Positions 1-8,086 of a DNA stretch of 32,899 nucleotides are shown here, in pieces (positions within the stretch are counted from its first letter, which is position 1; the number at the start of each line of letters is the position of its first letter). Made by a program: the position numbers and the translations under genes. Under the pieces are notes generated by a model. The model did no database searches. It was not told the DNA's origin and saw nothing but the letters and a program-made list of their open reading frames with translations. Where the stretch lies: contig JAEZBF010000239.1 of the NCBI GenBank assembly GCA_023427545.1, positions 1 through 32,899 of the forward strand, in the 5' to 3' direction. Origin of the DNA: Pseudomonadota bacterium (GTDB taxonomy: Bacteria > Pseudomonadota > Alphaproteobacteria > Rhizobiales > Devosiaceae).

Positions 1-1
1 G

Positions 2-121
2 TTCCTGACCCCGATCGCCTACCTGCTGCTTGCCCGCTTCAGCAAGCCCAAGTCCTTGGAAGAAGCGCGGCTCCAGCGCGAGCTCGACGCCGCCGCGCCG
101 CAGGGCACACCGGCGGAGTAG
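2..121 (+). CDS. 3' end of a CDS truncated by the window edge; possibly the C-terminus of an RND/AcrB-type efflux permease
   Basis: Open frame from position 2 to TAG at 119-121 gives FLTPIAYLLLARFSKPKSLEEARLQRELDAAAPQGTPAE*. This is a hydrophobic helix followed by a charged tail. The family call rests only on remembered AcrB-family C-termini. Confidence 0.35.
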   Translation, partial: FLTPIAYLLLARFSKPKSLEEARLQRELDAAAPQGTPAE

Positions 122-134
122 GGCGGAGTCCCCC

Positions 135-215
135 GGACCTCATCCTTCGACGAGCTCAGGATGAGGTCCTCATGGGCTCAGTAGACTCATGGTGAGCCTG
201 TCGAACCACGAGGTC
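135..215 (+). repeat. Short intergenic palindromic (REP/MITE-like) element, copy 1
   Basis: Perfect 11-bp inverted repeat GGACCTCATCC (135-145) / GGATGAGGTCC (159-169). The core GATGAGGTCCTCATGG ... TGAGCCTGTCGAACCACGAGGTC (160-215) recurs at 1630-1668 in the same orientation. Confidence 0.55.
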
Positions 216-226
216 GTGCCCCCGAG

Positions 227-1432
227 CTAAACCTGATCCAGCCCGGATTCCAGGTCCGCAATCAGGTCCTCGGCCGCTTCCAGCCCCACCGACAACCTCA
301 GCAGGTTCTGGCTGATGCCCATCTCCTCGCGCGCGGACTCCTCGAAGCGCTGGTGCGTCGTAGTCGCCGGGTGCGCGATGATCGACTTGGCGTCACCGAG
401 ATTGTTGGAGGTGACGATGATCGTGAGGTTGTCGGCTGCCCGGAACGCCTCTTCCTTGTCGCCCTTGACTTCGAACGCCACCAGCGTTGAGCCCGCGGCC
501 ATCTGGCGCCGCGCGAGTTCGTACTGCGGATGGCTCGGGTGGTGCGGGTACATGACCCGCGCGACCTTCGGGTGCTGGACGAGGAAATCGGCGATCCGCG
601 TCGCGCTCTCGGTCATCTGCCGGACCCGCAGCGGAAAGGTCTCGAGCCCCTTGAGCAGCACCCATGCGTTGAAGGGGCTGATCGATGGGCCGGTCTGGCG
701 GATGAAGGTATGGATGTCGGCCTTGATCAGCTCCTTGCGCCCAAGGATCAGGCCCCCGAGCACGCGGCCCTGGCCGTCGATGTGCTTGGTCGCGGAGTAG
801 ACGACGAGGTCGGCGCCGAGCGCCAGCGGCTTCTGCCACAGCGCGGTGCTGAAGACGTTGTCGACGATCAGCACCGCCCCGTGCGCATGCGCGATTTCGG
901 CAACGGCCGCGATGTCGACGAGCTCGAGCGTGGGGTTCGTCGGCGTCTCGATGAACACCGCCTTGGTGTTCGGACGCATCGCGTCGGCGAAGTTCTGCGG
1001 CTTGCGGCCGTCGACCAGGGTCGAGCTGATGCCGAACCGTGGCAGATGGTCCTCGACGACGTAGCGGCAGCCGCCGAACAGCGCACGCGAGGCGACTACG
1101 TGGTCGCCGGCCCGCACCTGCGCCATCACCGCCGTGGTCACCGCCGCCATGCCCGTCGCGACCGCACGCGCGTCCTCTGCTCCCTCGAGCAGCGCCATCC
1201 GCTCCTGGAGCATCGTGACGGTGGGGTTGGAGAAGCGCGAGTAGATGTAGCCCGGCTCGTCGCCCTTGAACCGCGCCTCGGCCGAACCCGACGTTGCATA
1301 GACGTAGCCGGAGTTGACGAACAGCGCCTCGGATGTCTCTCCGTGCTGGCTGCGCTCGGTGCCGCCGTGGACGAGTTGGGTTTCCGGCCGGCGGCGCTTT
1401 GGGTCGGCGAGCGGGTTGGACGATTTCGGCAT
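227..1432 (-). CDS. metZ: O-succinylhomoserine sulfhydrylase (PLP-dependent Cys/Met-metabolism family)
   Basis: ORF 227-1477. The preferred start is the ATG at 1432 (MPKSSNPLADP...), since the 15 upstream codons would overlap the leader terminator. Motifs: ETSEALF, ARFKGDEPGYIYSRFSNPT and the PLP-lysine context YSATKHIDGQGR. A SAM-II riboswitch lies upstream, as is usual for met genes. Confidence 0.85.
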   Translation of the reverse strand: MPKSSNPLADPKRRRPETQLVHGGTERSQHGETSEALFVNSGYVYATSGSAEARFKGDEPGYIYSRFSNPTVTMLQERMALLEGAEDARAVATGMAAVTTAVMAQVRAGDHVVASRALFGGCRYVVEDHLPRFGISSTLVDGRKPQNFADAMRPNTKAVFIETPTNPTLELVDIAAVAEIAHAHGAVLIVDNVFSTALWQKPLALGADLVVYSATKHIDGQGRVLGGLILGRKELIKADIHTFIRQTGPSISPFNAWVLLKGLETFPLRVRQMTESATRIADFLVQHPKVARVMYPHHPSHPQYELARRQMAAGSTLVAFEVKGDKEEAFRAADNLTIIVTSNNLGDAKSIIAHPATTTHQRFEESAREEMGISQNLLRLSVGLEAAEDLIADLESGLDQV

Positions 1433-1443
1433 ACGATCACCCC

Positions 1444-1475
1444 AAAACGAAAAAGGCCGGCGCGGTGGCCAGCCC
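1444..1475 (-). terminator. Intrinsic-terminator-like hairpin plus U-tract in the metZ leader (candidate riboswitch expression platform)
   Basis: Minus strand reads GGGCUGGCC-ACCGC-GCCGGCC followed by UUUUUCGUUUU. The stem is about 7-8 bp and GC-rich with one G-U pair. It lies between the SAM-II aptamer and the metZ ATG. Confidence 0.45.
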
Positions 1476-1479
1476 AAAC

Positions 1480-1540
1480 GGTCGTCTTTAGCGAGTTGTT
1501 TTAAGTGGCTGCAATCAGACCGGCCAAATCACCACTGGCG
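1480..1540 (-). promoter_or_regulatory. SAM-II (SAM-alpha / metA-type) riboswitch aptamer
   Basis: Minus strand reads CCAGUGGUGAUUUGGCCGGUCUGAUUGCAGCCACUUAAAACAACUCGCUAAAGACG. It contains the hallmark GAUUUGGC ... UUGCAGCCAC ... AAA ... GCUAAAG blocks. GGUG/CCAC can form P1, and AUUUGGC / GCUAAAG can form the pseudoknot. It sits about 50 nt upstream of a methionine-biosynthesis gene. Confidence 0.75.
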
Positions 1541-1589
1541 TGGTGTGTAGGACGGGGTGCGGACCGCGTCAACGGGCGATGCCACGCCC

Positions 1590-1670
1590 TAGTGGTTCGA
1601 CAACCTCAACATGAGGACTACTGCTGAGACGATGAGGACCTCATGCTGAGCCTTTCGAACCACGAGGTCC
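1590..1670 (+). repeat. Short intergenic palindromic (REP/MITE-like) element, copy 2
   Basis: Core GATGAGGACCTCATGCTGAGCCTTTCGAACCACGAGGTC (1630-1668) closely matches copy 1. GTGGTTCGA (1591-1599) is complementary to TCGAACCAC (1654-1662), and CCTCA-aca-TGAGG lies at 1603-1615. The element can therefore fold into a long hairpin. Confidence 0.55.
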
Positions 1671-1740
1671 GGGCAAACCGGCGATTGTAGCTTTCGCTCC
1701 AATGCCCCTGTCGCTAATCAGGAGCGTGGCAGATGCGGGG

Positions 1741-2856
1741 ATGAAGGTGACCGAAAGAACGTGGCCGAGCGGCATCTTCCCCGCCCGCCTGATCGAAGCG
1801 TTGGAGCGGCAGGGGGCGATTATTCCCGGCGCACCGTTCGACGCAGACCAGGTGCAGCCGGCAAGCCTTGATCTTCGCCTCGGTGATGTCGCCTATCGCG
1901 TCCGCGCCAGCTTCCTGCCCGGTCCTGAGCAGGAGGTTGCCGAGCGCATCGCCGCGCTGAAACTGCACGAACTCGATCTGCGCAACGGCGCCGTGCTCGA
2001 GCAGGGGTGCGTCTATATCGTGCCGCTGCTCGAGCGGCTGGCGTTGCCCGCCGGGGTGGCCGCATCCTCAAACCCCAAGAGCTCGACAGGCCGTCTCGAC
2101 GTTTTCACCCGGGTGATCGGCGACCGCGCGCGCGGCTTCGACACCCTGCCGCCGGGCTATTCCGGGCCGCTCTATCTCGAGATCTCGCCGCGCACGTTCC
2201 CGGTACGGGTCCGCCGTGGCAGCCGCCTCAGCCAGATGCGCTTCCGCGCGGGCGACCCACGCCTCACGGTCGCCGAGCACCGGGCGCTGCATGCCGCCGA
2301 AACCCTGGTGCTCGATCCCAACATGGAAGTCGGGGAGGGCGTCGCCCTCTCGATCGACCTCAAGGGCAAGGAGCGCGATGGCCTGATCGGTTTCCGCTCC
2401 AAGCGGCACACCGACGTCATCGACATGGACCGCAAGGACGCGCTGGACGTGCTCGACTTCTGGGAGCCGCTCATCAACCGCGGCTCGGACGAGTTCATCC
2501 TCGATCCCGACGAGTTCTACATCCTGGTTTCGCGCGAGAGCGTCCACGTTCCGCCCAACTACGCCGCCGAGATGGTGCCGTTCGATCCGCTCGTGGGCGA
2601 GTTCCGCGTCCACTACGCCGGCTTCTTCGATCCCGGCTTCGGTCATTCGGCCGCCGGCGGCAGCGGCAGCCGGGCGGTGCTCGAAGTGCGCAGCCGCGAG
2701 GTGCCGTTCCTGCTCGGCCATGGCCAGACGATCGGCCGGCTGATCTACGAGCGACTCGCCGAGCCCTCGGATCGGCTCTATGGCGCGGGCCTGGGCTCTA
2801 ATTATCAGGCCCAGGGGCTCAAGCTCAGCAAGCACTTCAAGCCGTTCCGCGCCTGA
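1741..2856 (+). CDS. dcd: 2'-deoxycytidine 5'-triphosphate deaminase, long DCD-family form
   Basis: ORF 1702-2856 of about 370-384 aa. The N-terminus GIFPARLIEALERQGAI and the overall size match my memory of the alphaproteobacterial long-form DCD family. The start is uncertain: ATG at 1702 or ATG at 1741, with AGGAG at 1720-1724. Confidence 0.75.
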   Translation: MKVTERTWPSGIFPARLIEALERQGAIIPGAPFDADQVQPASLDLRLGDVAYRVRASFLPGPEQEVAERIAALKLHELDLRNGAVLEQGCVYIVPLLERLALPAGVAASSNPKSSTGRLDVFTRVIGDRARGFDTLPPGYSGPLYLEISPRTFPVRVRRGSRLSQMRFRAGDPRLTVAEHRALHAAETLVLDPNMEVGEGVALSIDLKGKERDGLIGFRSKRHTDVIDMDRKDALDVLDFWEPLINRGSDEFILDPDEFYILVSRESVHVPPNYAAEMVPFDPLVGEFRVHYAGFFDPGFGHSAAGGSGSRAVLEVRSREVPFLLGHGQTIGRLIYERLAEPSDRLYGAGLGSNYQAQGLKLSKHFKPFRA

Positions 2857-3072
2857 TCTCAAAGACGCCGAAAACGCTGAGACTGCCGCGTTTTTGCCGC
2901 ACCGCCGATCGAAAGCACCGGCCGCTGCAGGGGATAGACGTATCGACATTGCTCGCGTGGTGCTGTTTGTTGCACTAGAAGGCCACGGCTCTATCGTGCC
3001 GAATGGCAAAATGTTGACGCAAGGGCCGAACCGCGGGGGCGCGGCGCGGCGACGTAGTGGGAAGGTTACCCA

Positions 3073-3504
3073 ATGAGCAGCACCGAAGAGTTGCGCGAGC
3101 AGCTGATCGACATCATCGCGACGGAAGGCATGGTCGACCGGGCCAAGCTCACCGCGGATGCCACGATCGAAACCATCGGCATGGCTTCGTACGACATGGT
3201 GATGATCCTGATGGCCATCGAGGAGAAGTACGGGGTCTATCTCTCCGTTGACTCCGAGCTGACCGAGGTCAAGACGCTCGACCAGCTGCTCACGGTTCTC
3301 GCCACGCGCATCCAGCAGGGCGGTAATGCGCCGGCGGAAGGCGCTGCGGCGACGGCGGAGAATGGCAGCCCCGAGGCCGACCTGAGGACGGCCGCAGCGG
3401 CGGCGACGACCGTCGGTACGCCGGCGGCGGCTCCGGTCGTGTCATCGACCCCAACCGATGCGCCCGCCAAGGCCGACGAGGACAGCAAGGCGGGAGCCAA
3501 CTAG
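3073..3504 (+). CDS. Acyl-carrier-protein-like protein with a long Ala/Pro/Thr-rich C-terminal extension
   Basis: The first ~82 aa have ACP four-helix spacing (..TIETIGMASYDMVMILMAIEEKYGV..). Ser in GMASYD sits where the DSL phosphopantetheine serine is expected. The last ~60 aa are low complexity (GGNAPAEGAAATAENGS...PAKADEDSKAGAN). The stop TAG (3502-3504) abuts the GTG start of the KAS gene. Confidence 0.7.
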   Translation: MSSTEELREQLIDIIATEGMVDRAKLTADATIETIGMASYDMVMILMAIEEKYGVYLSVDSELTEVKTLDQLLTVLATRIQQGGNAPAEGAAATAENGSPEADLRTAAAAATTVGTPAAAPVVSSTPTDAPAKADEDSKAGAN

Positions 3505-4722
3505 GTGGGTCGTGTAGCCATCACCGGCATGGGGGCCGTCACGGCGGCCGGCATCGGCGTCGACCCGCTGTGGACGGCTGCACGCGACGGCACCTCGACC
3601 GTGAGCCAGATCGACCGGCCTGGCTTCGAGCAGGCGCGGATAAAGCACGCCGCGATCGTCCGCGACTTCGATGCCCTCAAGTTCGTCACCCCGCAGGTGC
3701 TGGCTCAGCTCGATCGCTTCTCCAGCATGGCGATCGCTTCGGCCGACGAGGCGCTGGCCCAGGCCGGCATCAAGGCCGGCGAGCTGGACGAAACCTGTGC
3801 GGTGATCGTCGGCACCGGTATCGGCGGCGCCGAGACCACTGACCTTGCGGCGCGCGCCTACTACCTCGGAGTGACAACGCGGAGCGATCCGATGATCGTG
3901 CCCAAGGTGATGCCGAGCGCTGCCGCCTCGCAGATTTCCATGCGCTACGGCGCCCGCGGTCCGGTGTTCTGCGTTTCGAGCGCTTGCGCCTCCTCGGCCC
4001 AGGCGATCGGCATAGGCGCCCAGATGGTGCGTTCGGGCATGGTCAAGCGCGCGATCGTCGGCGGCACCGAGTGCTTCGTCAACGGTTCGGCGATGCGCGC
4101 CTGGGAAGTGCTGCGCGTGCTCACCCCGACCATGAACCGCCCGTTCTCCAAGGGCCGCGACGGCATGGTGCTGGGCGAAGGCGCCGGCATCGTCGTCCTC
4201 GAGGACATGGATGACGCAATCGCCCGCGGGGCCAACGTCATCGCCGAGCTTGCCGGCTACGGCACGAGCAGCGACGCCGGCGACCTGCTCAAGCCCGATC
4301 CGGTCGGCGCCTCGCGCGCGATGGAGCAGGCCATCGCCGAGGCCGGGCTCGACACGACCGAGATCGGCTACGTCAACGCGCACGGCACCGGAACGGTGCT
4401 CAACGATCTCTCGGAGACGGAAGCGCTGAGCCGAATCTTCGGCAATCGCCTGCCCGACGTGCCAGTGTCCTCGACCAAGCCGGTGCACGGCCACACCATT
4501 GGCGCCGCCGGCGCGGTGGAGCTGATCGTCACCGTCAAGTCGCTGCTCGAGCAGGTGGTCCCGCCCACCATCAACTGGCAGGGGCTCGATCCCAAGTGCG
4601 AGCTGGACATGGTACCCAACAAGGGCCGCCCGAAGTCGTTCAGGGCGGCGATGTCGAACTCGTTCGCCTTTGGCGGGATCAACGCCAGCCTTGTGGTCAA
4701 GTCCCTGGCCAAAGCCGCCTGA
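3505..4722 (+). CDS. Beta-ketoacyl-ACP synthase, KAS I/II (FabF-like) type
   Basis: The Cys-His-His triad contexts are present: VSSACASSAQAIG, YVNAHGTGT and KPVHGHTIGAAG. The C-terminal NSFAFGGINASLVV is also present. GTG start with GGGAG 8 nt upstream. Confidence 0.9.
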   Translation: MGRVAITGMGAVTAAGIGVDPLWTAARDGTSTVSQIDRPGFEQARIKHAAIVRDFDALKFVTPQVLAQLDRFSSMAIASADEALAQAGIKAGELDETCAVIVGTGIGGAETTDLAARAYYLGVTTRSDPMIVPKVMPSAAASQISMRYGARGPVFCVSSACASSAQAIGIGAQMVRSGMVKRAIVGGTECFVNGSAMRAWEVLRVLTPTMNRPFSKGRDGMVLGEGAGIVVLEDMDDAIARGANVIAELAGYGTSSDAGDLLKPDPVGASRAMEQAIAEAGLDTTEIGYVNAHGTGTVLNDLSETEALSRIFGNRLPDVPVSSTKPVHGHTIGAAGAVELIVTVKSLLEQVVPPTINWQGLDPKCELDMVPNKGRPKSFRAAMSNSFAFGGINASLVVKSLAKAA

Positions 4723-4738
4723 CGGCTGCCGCGCGGCA

Positions 4739-5488
4739 TTACCGCTTGCGCAGTAGCCATCTCAGGAAAATCGGCCAGATCCACAACCCGTCGATGACGT
4801 AGCGGCCCAGCAGCCGGCGCGGCTCGGACGCGGCGCGAAACAGCCACTCCAGGTGCATCCTCTGAAGCAGCAGGGGCGCGCGCGGCTTGGCGCCGACGAC
4901 GAAGTCGACAGCAGCCCCAACGCAGAGGATCGTCCCAAACGCTTCGGCGTGATGCGAGCGCAGCCGTTGCGCCACCCGCTCCTGCAGCGGCGCACCCAGG
5001 GCCAGGATGCAGACGTCCGCGGGAGCGCGCGCCAGCTTCTCGCATTCCGCGGCAATCTCGCTATCGGTGAAGCGCGCCCGCCGCGGGAAGTCCACCTGCC
5101 GAACAGACGAACTCCTCGTCAGCGCCTCGAGCTTGGGCTGATAGTGGCACTCGCCTCCGACCACTACGATCTCGAGGTGACGCACGTCGGTCCTGAGCAG
5201 TTCCCGCACGAGGTCGGAGCCCGGCACGAGGGAGACCCGCTCTCCGCCCAGCCGCGCCAGCAAGCGCGCCACCCGGCTGTCGCACACGGCGATATCGGCG
5301 GCGTTGAAGCACGCGCGCACCTCACCGCTTCGCGCCGCGAGAACGAAGAAGTGCACGTTCGGGGTAATCACCACGCCCAGCCGCTGGTTGCTGAGGATTG
5401 CGTCCAGTAGCGAGGCCATCTCGGCGGTGCTCAGGGCGAGCCCCATGACCTCGACCTTCCCCTCGCGGAATCGCGCGGTGGTGTCCAA
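4739..5488 (-). CDS. WecB/TagA/CpsF-family glycosyltransferase
   Basis: Family-typical blocks: VEVMGLALS..., VVITPNVHF, ILALGAPLQERVA and VGAAVDFVVGAKPRAP..WLFR..EPRRLLGRY. The track ORF runs to 5575 but that TTG lies inside the tRNA. The preferred start is the TTG at 5488, with GGAG about 7 nt upstream. The ATG at 5446 is an alternative. Confidence 0.75.
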   Translation of the reverse strand: MDTTARFREGKVEVMGLALSTAEMASLLDAILSNQRLGVVITPNVHFFVLAARSGEVRACFNAADIAVCDSRVARLLARLGGERVSLVPGSDLVRELLRTDVRHLEIVVVGGECHYQPKLEALTRSSSVRQVDFPRRARFTDSEIAAECEKLARAPADVCILALGAPLQERVAQRLRSHHAEAFGTILCVGAAVDFVVGAKPRAPLLLQRMHLEWLFRAASEPRRLLGRYVIDGLWIWPIFLRWLLRKR

Positions 5489-5560
5489 CTCGAATGCTCC
5501 GATGTGTGGCTTGTGCCCGGCTTGACGACGCAGGCCGTCATGTCCCAAATAGCCGCGCGC

Positions 5561-5634
5561 GCGGGTGTAGCTCAATGGTAGAGCAGAAGCTTCCCAAGCT
5601 TACGACGAGGGTTCGATTCCCTTCACCCGCTCCA
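5561..5634 (+). tRNA. tRNA-Gly (anticodon CCC)
   Basis: GCGGGTG-TA-GCTC-AATGGTA-GAGC-A-GAAGC-TTCCCAA-GCTTA-CGAC-GAGGG-TTCGATT-CCCTT-CACCCGC-T-CCA. This is a full 74-nt cloverleaf with a TTCGATT T-loop and encoded CCA. Confidence 0.95.
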
Positions 5635-5723
5635 GCCGCTCATCCCGCATAGCTTGTGGGGCTGCCACTACTTCGAGTGGATGGTGACGGGACCGCGAAA
5701 GCCGCGATCCCGCCGGGCATTCG

Positions 5724-7145
5724 TCAGAACCCGGGCTTCCACTGCACCGACGACTGGCGCGTCAACTCGAGCAGCAGTTCCTGCCCATATCCCGCACCAA
5801 GCCCGCTGGCGCCGACCGGCTCGGACGTGCCGCCCGGTGCCTTGCGCGGTGGGGCGTTGATCTTGATCATCCCCGCGCGGACCTCATGCAGGAACTTCAG
5901 CGACCGCGACGACGAATTAGAGCACAGCACCGCTGCCAGGCCGTAACGGTGGTCGTTGGCGAGCGCCAGCGCCTCGTCGAAGTCGTCGTAGGGCACCACG
6001 GGAGCGACAGGCCCGAACGTCTCGTCCGACATGACGGGCTGGTCGGCGGTCACGCCGGTGATCACCGTCGGCGGATAGAACCAGCCCTTGCGCTCGAGCC
6101 GCGCGCCGCCGGTGTGCACCACCGCGCCCGACGCCACTGATCGATCCACCTGGTCGATGATCTTTTCGAGCTGGATGCGATCGACGATCGGTCCCATCCC
6201 GACATTGTCGAGCAGGCCGTCGCCCTGCACGATCGCCTCGGATTGCCGGGTCAGCGCCGCAACGAACGGTTCGAAAATCTGCCGCGCGACATAGACGCGT
6301 TCGGTGGCGGTGCAGAGCTGGCCGGCGTTGAAGTAGGCCGCGTCGATCGCGAAGGCGGCGGCCTTCTCGACATCGACCGTCTCATCGACGATCAGCGGGT
6401 CCTTGCCGCCCAGTTCGAGGATGACCTTCTTGAGGCTTCGTCCAGCGATCTCGCCGATGCGGCGGCCCGTCGCTTCCGAACCCACGAACAGGATGGCGCT
6501 GACGTCGGGGTGCTGGACGATCGGTTCGCCGGCGCCCGGGCCATTGCCGAGCACGAGGTTCACGACGCCCGGCGGCAGCTTCGAGAACGCCAGTTCCGCG
6601 ATGCGCCGCGAGGTGAGCGGCGTCTTCTCGGACGGCTTCCAAACCACCGTGTTGCCCACGGCAATCGCCGCCGCAACGTTTTCGACTCCCAGCGCCACCG
6701 GGTAATTCCACGGTACGATCACGCCGACCACGCCGCGCGGGAAGCGCTGCTGGAAGTTGAGCTCGCCATAGGCCGCCTGTTGGCTGCCCGCCCGGATGTG
6801 AACGGCGAGCTCGCCGAACTGCCGAGCCGCGCCGGCCGCGCCCGCGATCTCGAGCCGGGAGAGCGAGAGCGGCTTGCCCATCTCGATCGTGTTGAGGCGC
6901 GCCAACTCCTCCTGGTGCGCCATCAGGATGCTGGCGATCTCGTTGAGTGCGGCGCGGCGCGCAACGGGCGCCAGGCCCGACCAGCCCTTGCCCGCGGCAA
7001 GGGCCGCGGCGACCGCCTGGTCGACGTCGTTCCTGCTGCCGCGCGGGATCTGGCCCAGCCGGTCCTCGGTTGCGGGGTTGACGACATCGAGCGCGTCGGT
7101 GCTGTCGGATGGGACGGCGCTGTTGCCGATCCAGTTGGTTTCCAT
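5724..7145 (-). CDS. NAD(P)+-dependent aldehyde dehydrogenase family protein
   Basis: 473 aa with PWNYP, ELGGKDP and the catalytic-Cys context FNAGQLCTATER. It is the last gene of the operon that begins at 9293. Confidence 0.9.
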   Translation of the reverse strand: METNWIGNSAVPSDSTDALDVVNPATEDRLGQIPRGSRNDVDQAVAAALAAGKGWSGLAPVARRAALNEIASILMAHQEELARLNTIEMGKPLSLSRLEIAGAAGAARQFGELAVHIRAGSQQAAYGELNFQQRFPRGVVGVIVPWNYPVALGVENVAAAIAVGNTVVWKPSEKTPLTSRRIAELAFSKLPPGVVNLVLGNGPGAGEPIVQHPDVSAILFVGSEATGRRIGEIAGRSLKKVILELGGKDPLIVDETVDVEKAAAFAIDAAYFNAGQLCTATERVYVARQIFEPFVAALTRQSEAIVQGDGLLDNVGMGPIVDRIQLEKIIDQVDRSVASGAVVHTGGARLERKGWFYPPTVITGVTADQPVMSDETFGPVAPVVPYDDFDEALALANDHRYGLAAVLCSNSSSRSLKFLHEVRAGMIKINAPPRKAPGGTSEPVGASGLGAGYGQELLLELTRQSSVQWKPGF

Positions 7146-7166
7146 CTTCGTCTCTCTGAAATCTGC

Positions 7167-8081
7167 TTACGCGGCGTCGGTCGGCTTGAGCCGGATTTCG
7201 ACACCCGACTGCGCCTCGAAGAGCCGCATCACCGAACCCATGAAATCTTCGTCGCGATATTTCTGCTCGCTCGTTTCGAGCAGGTCGAGAACCGCTTTGC
7301 CGACCGGCAGGTCGATGCCGAGATCGCGGGCGAGACCCATAGCAAGGCGATGGTCCTTGGCGGCCAACCGCGAGGCAAAGCCCGGCGAATAATCCGCTTT
7401 GAACGCCTTGGATGGCAGCACCATGTTGAGCACCTTGTTGGAGGTACCGGTCTTGTCGGAAAGCGCGATGATCTGCTCGAGCGACACCCCGGACTTGATC
7501 CCGAACGAGGCGCATTCGGCAATGATCGCGACCATGCCCGCCGCAAGGTAGTTGTTGACGAGCTTGATGGTCGTGCCGGCGCCCAAGTCGCCGATGTGCA
7601 TGATCTCGCTCGACATGGCCTCGAGCATCGGGCGCACGTCTTCGAGCGTTGCCTTGTCGCCCCCGACCATGAAGGTCACCGTCCCCTTTTCGGCGTCGGG
7701 CACACCGCGGCCCACCGGGCTGTCGAGCATCCTCACGCCCACCTTGGCGAGTTCGGCTCCGACATGGCGGCTGGTCGTGGGGTCGACCGTGCTGAGGTCG
7801 ACATAGATCAGCCCCTCATGCGCGCCGTCCCTGATCCCGCCCGCTTCGAGTGCAACGCGTCGCACGTCGGGCGCATCCGGCACCATCGTGAAGATGACGT
7901 CGACGTTGCGCGCGAGCTCGGCCGCGCTCGTTGCCGCCTTCGCGCCGCGCGCGACGAAAGCATCGATCGCCGGCTGGGCGACGTCCCACACCGTGAGGTC
8001 GAACCCCTTGCGCAGCAGGTTGCCGGCAAGTCCGCGGCCCATGGCTCCAAGGCCGATGAACCCAATCCGTTTCGCAGCCAC
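7167..8081 (-). CDS. Beta-hydroxyacid dehydrogenase family oxidoreductase (3-hydroxyisobutyrate / tartronate-semialdehyde reductase-like)
   Basis: N-terminal Rossmann motif RIGFIGLGAMGRGLAGNLLRKGFDLTVWD. About 300 aa. GTG start with GGAG 9 nt upstream, inside the end of the preceding gene. Confidence 0.85.
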   Translation of the reverse strand: MAAKRIGFIGLGAMGRGLAGNLLRKGFDLTVWDVAQPAIDAFVARGAKAATSAAELARNVDVIFTMVPDAPDVRRVALEAGGIRDGAHEGLIYVDLSTVDPTTSRHVGAELAKVGVRMLDSPVGRGVPDAEKGTVTFMVGGDKATLEDVRPMLEAMSSEIMHIGDLGAGTTIKLVNNYLAAGMVAIIAECASFGIKSGVSLEQIIALSDKTGTSNKVLNMVLPSKAFKADYSPGFASRLAAKDHRLAMGLARDLGIDLPVGKAVLDLLETSEQKYRDEDFMGSVMRLFEAQSGVEIRLKPTDAA

Positions 8082-8086
8082 TTTGG

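Noticed and set aside
2867-2895. Possible terminator after dcd (AAAACGC ... GCGTTTT)
   Set aside because: The stem is short, A/U-rich and imperfect, and the T-run is part of the stem rather than trailing it. It is not convincing as an intrinsic terminator.
3310-3504. Ala/Pro-rich tail of the ACP as a frameshift artefact or separate ORF
   Set aside because: The frame is continuous from the ACP domain, ends exactly at the KAS start, and has coding-like GC3. The antisense ORF 3237-3500 is a shadow. The tail is kept as part of the ACP gene and flagged as unusual.
5489-5575. Upstream extension of the glycosyltransferase ORF to a TTG at 5575
   Set aside because: That start lies inside the tRNA-Gly gene (5561-5634). 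An internal TTG at 5488 with a GGAG Shine-Dalgarno sequence still retains the conserved N-terminal strand.
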